From NCBI GenBank assembly GCA_009694375.1, contig SHVB01000016.1:189-64188 (forward strand): 64,000 bases of DNA, given 5' to 3'. The notes beneath the pieces are model-generated. The model had not been told where the DNA came from and made no database searches. It saw nothing but the letters and a program-made list of their open reading frames with translations. Below, piece after piece: positions 44,036 through 51,133 of this stretch; the stretch's first letter is position 1, and each line of letters starts with the position of its first letter. The position numbers and the translations under genes were made by a program. The DNA comes from Acidimicrobiia bacterium (GTDB taxonomy: Bacteria > Actinomycetota > Acidimicrobiia > Acidimicrobiales > VFJN01).

Positions 44036-45492
44036 GGCCCCGACCCTCGACCCCGAAAGGAACAACCGTGAACGCAGCCAAACCGCCCGTCTGGGACATG
44101 ATCGAGACGCTTACGAGGAGCCGTCTCGTCGTACCGCCCCTCGGATCCACCGACCCCGGCCAGGTCGACGCCTTCGGCCAGTGGCACTGGGGCACCCGCG
44201 ATCTCAACGCCCTGGACGAGCTGTACCTGTTCGACGTCGAGGCGGTCGCCCGGAACATCATCGACCACGGTCCCCTTTTCTCGCTCTCCTACGCCGGCCA
44301 CGGGATCAACAGCTACGCCCTCAGCCTCGTGACCACCGCGCCCACGGGCGATGTCGCCTTTTTCACCCAGGGCGGCCTCGGGGGCGGGTACTCCGACGAG
44401 GACAAGGACATCGCCAGGATCAACGACGCCTACCAACGAATTGCCCGGGAGTCGGCAGAGCTCGACGGCGGCACTCGCACCGACCGGGTCCGCTGGCTGG
44501 TGTTCTCGTCCTTCATGCGCGACGAAACAGGAATCATCGACCTCGATGGGCTCCGAGAGGGGGCGGGGGTCGACTCGGCCCTCGAGTGGATCGACGACAG
44601 CGTCCTCTTCGATGAGCTCAAGGCCCGTCGAGCCGCCGCTGATCCGTCCGCACCCCCGGTGGCCGGGATCGTCCCCCACCTTGCGGAGGTCCTGCGGCGG
44701 CTGAAAGACGACTCGCACCTCGTGATCAACGTTCTTGGATCGGTCCGCTACGTGCAGTTCGCCACCTTCCGACCCAACCTGCGTCTGGAGACCATCGGCA
44801 TCCGCTACCTCGAGCGGGACAACGACGCCATGACCGTCGACCACCTGGTGTGGCTCGCCTACCAGGGGTGGCACGACGCCGATGACGGCGGGAACCTGTG
44901 GCGGGAATGGATTCCGGCCGACGAGGACGAAGCCGCCGCCGCCGCCGTGGAGGTCCTCGTCAAGGTCCACGGCGTCACTGATATCGACCAGATCTGGTTC
45001 CATTCCGAAGACGACGATGCCCTCGCCGCGCTCGACCACTTCTCGCCGCCGAGGCCGGTACCACCGGGGGGCCTGCAACCGACCAACCGATTCCGGGCGG
45101 CAGTGATCAATGCTGCCTTGGGAGGAGAGCCGCTACGGCTGCTTTCCGGGTCCAAGGTCGTCGCGGTGGTCGACTACATCGCTCGTGACGCGGTGCTGGT
45201 GATGCTGGCTCTCGTGGACGGCGAGGTCCTCCGCCGCCACGACGGCCGCTGGCGTGACGACCCCGACTGGGACAAGGTCCTCCCGAAGGCACCGGCCCGG
45301 TCGATCGTCCCGCTCACCCAGGAGCAGTTCGACAAGGTCCGCGTCCAGATTGACCGATCGTCGGCAGGGAAGCCCTGGAAGCCGTTCAAGGCCCCGGACC
45401 TCGAGCGGTATTGGCCCAGTTACTGTCCCAACGACCCGGATCTGTTCGACTGGAGCCAGCTCGACTCCATCGCCGAGCTCCACGAGCGGTGA
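44032..45492 (+). CDS. large orphan protein of unknown function (about 486 aa)
   Basis: Long ORF with coding-like composition. Candidate starts are ATG 43987, ATG 44032 (coupled to the micro-ORF) and GTG 44068 (GAAAGGA ribosome-binding site). I recognise no catalytic motif. The acidic central segment is vaguely YbjN/chaperone-like. Confidence 0.6.
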   Translation: MRPRPSTPKGTTVNAAKPPVWDMIETLTRSRLVVPPLGSTDPGQVDAFGQWHWGTRDLNALDELYLFDVEAVARNIIDHGPLFSLSYAGHGINSYALSLVTTAPTGDVAFFTQGGLGGGYSDEDKDIARINDAYQRIARESAELDGGTRTDRVRWLVFSSFMRDETGIIDLDGLREGAGVDSALEWIDDSVLFDELKARRAAADPSAPPVAGIVPHLAEVLRRLKDDSHLVINVLGSVRYVQFATFRPNLRLETIGIRYLERDNDAMTVDHLVWLAYQGWHDADDGGNLWREWIPADEDEAAAAAVEVLVKVHGVTDIDQIWFHSEDDDALAALDHFSPPRPVPPGGLQPTNRFRAAVINAALGGEPLRLLSGSKVVAVVDYIARDAVLVMLALVDGEVLRRHDGRWRDDPDWDKVLPKAPARSIVPLTQEQFDKVRVQIDRSSAGKPWKPFKAPDLERYWPSYCPNDPDLFDWSQLDSIAELHER

Positions 45493-45637
45493 GGCGGGCT
45501 GAGGGGATGGGGACTGGCGACGACATCGGGCGGGGCGGCTACCCGGCGAAGTGGCAAACAGCGGTTTCTGGCGGTCACCCCCCGTCGCGAAAGACCAGGT
45601 CAGTGGGGATGGCGGTCAATGGCGCGCACCCCCATCG

Positions 45638-45697
45638 ATCCCTGATAAGGATGAGGTCGGAAGTTCGATTCTTCCTCGCCCCACTATCCCTGACCTG
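45638..45697 (+). repeat. attR-like direct repeat (displaced copy of the tRNA-Ile 3' half)
   Basis: See 42399-42458. This copy has no tRNA 5' half upstream of it and carries an acceptor-stem change (TCGCCCC versus TAGCCCC). Confidence 0.85.
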
Positions 45698-45824
45698 TAA
45701 GTTTGCCGTCGCCGGAAGTACCATTCGGCCAAATGACAGTCGTGGGGCGGGATTGGTAGGGTTCGTTGGGGCTAATCGTGCTGCGTTCCCGGTTTTACGC
45801 TGGCGCTTGTCGGGGGGGGGTGTG

Positions 45825-48536
45825 ATGTACGTGGGCACAGTGCGAGCAAGTAAGCGGTGGGCGCTCATAACGGTGCTTCTCGTGGCGGTGGGGCTCGCGG
45901 CGTCGCCACCGTCAGCGTCGGCGCACACCCCGCACGACGACATCTTCGATGTCGCCGTATCACCGGAGTTCAGCTCCGACGACACGCTCCTCGCCATCTC
46001 GCGTGGGCTGTTCATGCGATCCACGGACGCGGGGGTGACCTGGCAGCGCCTCGTAAAGGGGCTCAATAACCTAGCGCAACCTCAAGGGGTGGCCTTCGGC
46101 GGCGGGGTGAGCAGCCGAGCGTGGGCCTTGAGCCGGGACGGCGTCTTTCGCTCGGACGACGGGGGAGTCGCCTGGACACGAGTGATGACCCCGGTTGCCA
46201 ATGACCTCCAAGTGGTGGGTACGACGAGCGCCTCTCGGGATGTTGCCGTCGTCGCGGGCCCGGCCGCTGGTGCGTACATCACCCGCGATGGAGGGGTGTC
46301 GTGGGGGCCACTGGGGAGTTTCGGGGCCGCCGTCACCGCGGTGGCCTTCAAGAAGGCCAGTAGCCAGGTGGTGTTCGCGGGGGACGCCAACGGTGTCCTG
46401 CACATCTCGGGCACTGGCGGGGCGGCCTGGTTCAACTACCCACTGGCGGGGGCCGGAGCGATCACGTCGATCGCGGTGTCTCCGTCCTTCTCGACCGACG
46501 GCCTCGCGTTGATCGGCACCAATACTGGCGGCGTCCTCCGGTGGAACAATTTCACCAAGACGGCCACTTCGGTCAACAGCGGCCTCACGGACCCGCGGGT
46601 GACCTCCGTGACGTACTCCGCCGATTACGCCTGGGACTCCACGGTGTTCGCGTCGACCTGGACCGGCGGGTTGTTCGTCTCGGGTGACCGGGGGAGCACC
46701 TGGAGCGCGTCGAACAGCGGTCTGGTGTGGGATCCCCAACCGACCCAGATTGCCTTCCAGGACCGTCCGAACTTCGGCCGGGTGGTGAGCGCGCTGACGG
46801 ACCAGGTCACCCGGACTCAGACCGTTTTCCTGGCTGCCTTCGTGGGGCTGTACGCCTCTGACAACCGGGGGGCATCCTGGGCCGAGAGCGAGACCCTCAC
46901 CTCGAGCATCCTCGTGGGCCTATCGCTCTCCCCGCAGTACGGCACGAACCGGAAGGTGGCCATCTCCACCTACTCGAACGGCGCCTTCACCTCGGCCGAC
47001 GCGGGCGCAACCTGGTCGGAGAGCAACCTGGGGCTGGCCCAACGGGGCTTCTGGGATGCCGAGCCGGATGGGTACGCTCGGTTGTACAACATCGCCTACG
47101 CGCCCCCGGTGGCCGGGCGGTCCTGGTTGTACTCCTCGGTGGCCACCCACGGCGGGAGTCCCGGCGGCGTGCTGCGCTCGAGTGACGGCGGCGCCTCATG
47201 GTCGCGCACGTCCGTGCCGGGGTTCAGCAGCCCTGACTTCGATACCCACATCCCCTTCGTGCTGCCATCGCCGAACTTCGCCAACGATCGTTCCGTCCTG
47301 ATGGTCGATGGTGGCAATGGCTTCGTCAACCGCTCCGTGGACGAGGGCGCTTCGTTCCAGCGGGTCGGCACGATCCCGTTCCAGCCGCGGTGCCTCCAGG
47401 CCTCGCCCAACTTCGCCGCCGACCAGCGCCTGTTGGTCTGCACCAGTCGCGGTGTCTACGTGAGCACCGACCTCGGTGCGACGTGGTCCCCGACGGCGAG
47501 CTTGAACATGACGGGGCTTGCGGTGGTCGTGAGAAGCGGCGTCAGCGAGACCTGGCTCGCCGCCACCACGACCGGGCTGTTTCGGAGTACCAACCGAGGG
47601 GTGTCGTGGACGCGAGCGTCGCTGCCGTCGTCGGTCCCGGCCACGGCTGAGGTCGTGTCGGTGGCCAGCTCGCCCCCGTCCAGCGGGCCCGGCACCGTTC
47701 TCGTCAGCATCCGTGGGCGAGGTCTGCTCCGCTCCACCGACGGAGGCGCCACCTTCGGTGCCCTACTGACCGCGCTCCTGGATGCCAACGAGCAGCTCGA
47801 CAACTCCAACGCCAAGCCCACGGCGTCGGCGATCGCCTTCTCCCCGGTCTTCGAGGCCGACCGGACCGTGTTCGGCTACTCCAACGATCACCTGTTCCGT
47901 TCCACCGACGGGGGGGCCACGTGGGTGCGGGTGGTCTTCCCACGCGCCACGCACACGGGCCCCTTTCCCGTGGCCCCCTCCGCCCCGGTGATGGGAACCG
48001 CCACCAGCAGCAGTGGGTCCGCATCGGTCACCTTCACCCCATCCGGCGCCGGAGGGGCCCCCGCGGTTCGCTTCGACAGCACCTGCACCTCGACCAACGG
48101 AGGAGTCACGGGCGGCGGGTCGGGCCCATCGAGCCCAGTGATGGCAAGCGGCTTGACCAACGGCAAGACCTACACGTGTCGAGTGACGGCGACGAACGCG
48201 GGAGGCACCAGTGCCCCGTCAGGATCGTCCAACGCCGTCGTACCGATCGCCGTACCATCGGCCCCGCTGTCGGTGACGGCCGTGGCTGGGCCGGGACAGG
48301 CAACGGTCTCCTGGACGGTGCCGTCGTCGGACGGGGGCTCTCCCATCACCGGATACACGGTGACCCCCTACGTCGGGTATTTCGTCCTGCCTTCGACGAC
48401 ATTCGGTCCGGCGAGCACGAGCCAGACGCTCACGGGCCTCACGAACGGAACCTCCTATCGGTTCAGCGTGATCGCGATCAACGGCGCTGGAGCGAGCGCA
48501 CGGTCCACGCTGTCGAACCTCGTTGTTCCCGCCTGA
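45825..48536 (+). CDS. secreted Asp-box (BNR) repeat beta-propeller protein with two C-terminal fibronectin type III domains
   Basis: Signal peptide MYVGTVRASKRWALITVLLVAVGLAASPPSASA. About 13 S-x-D-x-G-x-T/S-W repeats (STDAGVTWQRL, SDDGGVAWTRV, SSDGGASWSRT, STDGGATWVRV and others). FN3-like segments PSAP...YTCRVTATNAGG and PSAP...SYRFSVIAINGAG. Confidence 0.8.
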   Translation: MYVGTVRASKRWALITVLLVAVGLAASPPSASAHTPHDDIFDVAVSPEFSSDDTLLAISRGLFMRSTDAGVTWQRLVKGLNNLAQPQGVAFGGGVSSRAWALSRDGVFRSDDGGVAWTRVMTPVANDLQVVGTTSASRDVAVVAGPAAGAYITRDGGVSWGPLGSFGAAVTAVAFKKASSQVVFAGDANGVLHISGTGGAAWFNYPLAGAGAITSIAVSPSFSTDGLALIGTNTGGVLRWNNFTKTATSVNSGLTDPRVTSVTYSADYAWDSTVFASTWTGGLFVSGDRGSTWSASNSGLVWDPQPTQIAFQDRPNFGRVVSALTDQVTRTQTVFLAAFVGLYASDNRGASWAESETLTSSILVGLSLSPQYGTNRKVAISTYSNGAFTSADAGATWSESNLGLAQRGFWDAEPDGYARLYNIAYAPPVAGRSWLYSSVATHGGSPGGVLRSSDGGASWSRTSVPGFSSPDFDTHIPFVLPSPNFANDRSVLMVDGGNGFVNRSVDEGASFQRVGTIPFQPRCLQASPNFAADQRLLVCTSRGVYVSTDLGATWSPTASLNMTGLAVVVRSGVSETWLAATTTGLFRSTNRGVSWTRASLPSSVPATAEVVSVASSPPSSGPGTVLVSIRGRGLLRSTDGGATFGALLTALLDANEQLDNSNAKPTASAIAFSPVFEADRTVFGYSNDHLFRSTDGGATWVRVVFPRATHTGPFPVAPSAPVMGTATSSSGSASVTFTPSGAGGAPAVRFDSTCTSTNGGVTGGGSGPSSPVMASGLTNGKTYTCRVTATNAGGTSAPSGSSNAVVPIAVPSAPLSVTAVAGPGQATVSWTVPSSDGGSPITGYTVTPYVGYFVLPSTTFGPASTSQTLTGLTNGTSYRFSVIAINGAGASARSTLSNLVVPA

Positions 48537-48637
48537 CCTCCCCGGCGCTGGCGCGGCGGGCCGCACATCCCTGCTAGGGATAGGCACCGCGGGGGGCTAC
48601 CCTCCTGCTCCCATGGTCTCGTGAAGGAGAAGCCCTG

Positions 48638-48775
48638 ATGGCCTTGTTTCGCCGTGCGGTTGTTGCAGTGGGGGTGGCCAGCATCGTCGCGACGGTCCTT
48701 CGTCTCCGAGGGAGCGGTGGAACCCCTCCCCAATACGGGGGCTGGCGTGAACTGTCGGGCCCGGATCTCGAATGA
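48638..48775 (+). CDS. 45-codon small ORF (MALFRRAVVAVGVASIVATVLRLRGSGGTPPQYGGWRELSGPDLE)
   Basis: GAAGGAGAA ribosome-binding site 7 nt upstream. One hydrophobic helix. The stop overlaps the ATG of the next gene (aATGAgg at 48772-48775). Confidence 0.4.
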   Translation: MALFRRAVVAVGVASIVATVLRLRGSGGTPPQYGGWRELSGPDLE

Positions 48776-49749
48776 GGATCCTTCTGGTTGGTGCCGGTGC
48801 CGTGGGTGCTCGGGCCGCCCGTCAGTTGGTAGAGGCAGGCGATGTTGAGGAGGTTTTCGTCTCTGATCTCGACGCGGCCCGACGGGTCGCGGTCGTCCAG
48901 GCCACGGGCGACAAGGCCACCGACGTGGGCAATGACCGCGAGGTGGAGGCGGACGCCGTGTTGCTCGCCGGGCCGGTTGGCTCCCACGCGGCCGAAGCCG
49001 CTCGTCACGTGGCGGCAGGCCGCACGGTGGTGTCCACCAGTGATTCGATAAGTGATGTGCAAGCCCTGCTGGATCTCGATGGGGCGGCCCGGGAACGTTC
49101 GGTGGCGCTAGTGGTGGGCGCCGCCTTTTCACCGGGATACTCCTGCGTGCTGGCCCGCCATGCGGCGGCGGGTTTCGACGAGGTGGAGGAGGTGCACATC
49201 GCCCGCTCCGGAACCGGCGGTCCGGCGTGCGCGCGTCACCACCATGCGTCGCTCACGGGCCGAGGCCTGGACTGGCGTGACGGCGAATGGCAACGTCGGC
49301 CCGCCGGATCGGGTCGGGAGCTGTGTTGGTTCCCCGATCCCATCGGCGCCGAAGATTGTTACCGGGCCGAGCTTCCCGATGCTTTGTTGTTGCAGCCCTT
49401 GTTCAGTGGCGTAAGTCGGGTGACGGCGCGGCTGGCGGCCACCCGCCGGGACCGCCTCTCGGCCCACTTGCCCATGCTGCGCAAGCCACATCCCGAGGGC
49501 TTGGTGGGGGCCGTTCGCGTGGAAGTTCGCGGGCGGCGCAACGGGCAGACCGAGGTGCGGGTGCTCGGCGCACTCGACCGCCCCGCAGTGGCCGCCGGTG
49601 CGGTGGCCGCCCTGGCGACGCGTTGGGCAGTGGACGGCCGCCTCCCCGCCGGCGCCCAGGGCCTCGGTGCCCTGGCCGAGCCGGTTCCCTTCTTGGTTGC
49701 CCTCGCCACGGTTGGTATCAAAGCGGCGGTGTTCGAGGGCGGATCCTGA
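48772..49749 (+). CDS. saccharopine dehydrogenase-like NAD(P)-binding protein
   Basis: N-terminal Rossmann motif MRILLVGAGAVGARAARQL. 325 aa. The architecture is recalled from the Sacchrp_dh family. Confidence 0.6.
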   Translation: MRILLVGAGAVGARAARQLVEAGDVEEVFVSDLDAARRVAVVQATGDKATDVGNDREVEADAVLLAGPVGSHAAEAARHVAAGRTVVSTSDSISDVQALLDLDGAARERSVALVVGAAFSPGYSCVLARHAAAGFDEVEEVHIARSGTGGPACARHHHASLTGRGLDWRDGEWQRRPAGSGRELCWFPDPIGAEDCYRAELPDALLLQPLFSGVSRVTARLAATRRDRLSAHLPMLRKPHPEGLVGAVRVEVRGRRNGQTEVRVLGALDRPAVAAGAVAALATRWAVDGRLPAGAQGLGALAEPVPFLVALATVGIKAAVFEGGS

Positions 49750-49791
49750 CGTCAGGTGCTCCGCGTTGACCAGTCGGTCTAGTTTGGCGGG

Positions 49792-51090
49792 ATGAAGCCG
49801 AGCCAAGCGTTGTCTCTTGATCAGATCGATTTGTCTGACCCTCAATTCTGGGCCGGCCCGGTAGCGGACAGGGAAGGGGCCTTCCTTACGCTTCGGGAGC
49901 AGGATCCGATCCGGTTCTTCAAGGAGCCGATCGTGTCGGAGACCTTCCCGCCGGGGCCGGGTTTCTATTCGCTCACCCGCCACGCCGATGTGCTCGAAGC
50001 CAGCAAACGCCCGGCGGTGTTCTGCTCCAGTCAGGGCACCAACATTCCCGACATGCCCACCGAGTTCTTGGAGTTTCTCGGTTCCATGATCAACATGGAC
50101 GATCCCAAGCACGCCCGCATGCGACGCATCGTGTCGAGGGGGTTCACGCCGCGCCAACTCGATCAGATGAAGGGCGACGTTGAGGCCACGGCGGCGGGGA
50201 TCGTCAACGATGTGATCGAGCGGGGCGAAGGCGACTTTGTGACCGAGGTGGCCGCCACCCTGCCCCTGCGGATCATCGTGGACATGATGGGAATCCCCCG
50301 CAGCCAGGAGCGGTTCATTTTCGATCGCACCAACATCATCCTGGGGCTTGGCGATGCCGAATACGTGCCCGATCAGACCGAGTCGGGGATTATGACAGCG
50401 CTAATAATCGCCGCTCAAGAGTTGACGCAACTCATCACTGAATTGAGCGAGGCCCGGATGAAGAATCCGCAGGAGGACCTGACCACGGCTCTGATCACCG
50501 CCGAGGTAGACGGGGAAAGCCTCACTCCCGCCGAGGTGGCATCGTTCTTCCTGCTGCTGGTGGCAGCGGGCAATGAGACCACCCGCAACGCCATTTCCCA
50601 CGGCATGCAGGCTCTGTCGGAGTATCCCGATCAGATGGCCCGATGGCAGGCCGACTTCGACGGACTGGCCCCGACGGCGGTGGAAGAGATCGTTCGGTGG
50701 GCCACGCCGGTGATCCACTTTCGGCGTACCTGCACGGCCGACGGCGTGCGCATCGGTGAGCAGGAACTCAACGCCGGCGACAAGGTGGTGCTCTGGTATT
50801 GCTCCGCCAATCGGGACGAGGCCGTGTTTGACGATCCGTTTTCCTTCGATGTGGGCCGCACCCCTAACGATCACCTGGGGTTTGGCGGTCCGGGTCCCCA
50901 TTTCTGTCTCGGTGCTCACCTCGCTCGCCGGGAGATCACCGTGATGTTTCGAGAGTTGTTCAGGCGGATGCCCGACATCCACACGGTGGGTGAACCCGAC
51001 CGGCTCCAGTCGAACTTCATCAACGGGATCAAGCACCTGCCGACGCGATGGACGCCAGGGCCGAAGGTCAAACATCGCATCGGTAGTTAG
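49792..51090 (+). CDS. cytochrome P450 (CYP124/125-like)
   Basis: I-helix AAGNETT, EEIVRW (ExxR), and the heme loop FGGPGPHFCLGAHLAR. Confidence 0.9.
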   Translation: MKPSQALSLDQIDLSDPQFWAGPVADREGAFLTLREQDPIRFFKEPIVSETFPPGPGFYSLTRHADVLEASKRPAVFCSSQGTNIPDMPTEFLEFLGSMINMDDPKHARMRRIVSRGFTPRQLDQMKGDVEATAAGIVNDVIERGEGDFVTEVAATLPLRIIVDMMGIPRSQERFIFDRTNIILGLGDAEYVPDQTESGIMTALIIAAQELTQLITELSEARMKNPQEDLTTALITAEVDGESLTPAEVASFFLLLVAAGNETTRNAISHGMQALSEYPDQMARWQADFDGLAPTAVEEIVRWATPVIHFRRTCTADGVRIGEQELNAGDKVVLWYCSANRDEAVFDDPFSFDVGRTPNDHLGFGGPGPHFCLGAHLARREITVMFRELFRRMPDIHTVGEPDRLQSNFINGIKHLPTRWTPGPKVKHRIGS

Positions 51091-51133
51091 ACCGCAGCGC
51101 CCGCCGGCACCGCCGCAGGTCCGTCGCGGGTCG

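Larger units (their letters stand above)
42448..45697. mobile_element. integrase-less genomic islet of about 3.2 kb inserted at tRNA-Ile
   Basis: Bounded by the tRNA 3'-half direct repeat. It holds four ORFs unrelated to the conserved origin synteny. No recombinase ORF is visible. Confidence 0.6.

Noticed and set aside
44026-45078. 350-aa minus-strand ORF inside the islet
   Set aside because: It is antisense to the long plus-strand orphan ORF. The plus frame has the better start context (ribosome-binding site and ATGA coupling) and a less biased composition. I cannot fully exclude it without codon statistics.
45493-45637. Expected position of an integrase or its remnant next to attR (and 42459-42565 next to attL)
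   Set aside because: I translated the frames by eye and saw no R-H-R-Y or serine-recombinase-like motif. The space is too small for a recombinase, so none is reported.
45411-45824. 138-codon N-terminal extension of the Asp-box protein ORF
   Set aside because: It reads through the attR repeat and lacks coding character. A canonical signal peptide begins at the ATG at 45825.
45698-45824. Possible tRNA-Ala after tRNA-Ile, as in mycobacteria
   Set aside because: No cloverleaf-compatible sequence or T-loop (GTTCGAAT-like) motif is present.
49129-50157. 342-aa minus-strand ORF opposite the saccharopine-dehydrogenase-like and P450 genes
   Set aside because: It spans an intergenic boundary of two plus-strand genes that have clear motifs, so it is a shadow ORF.
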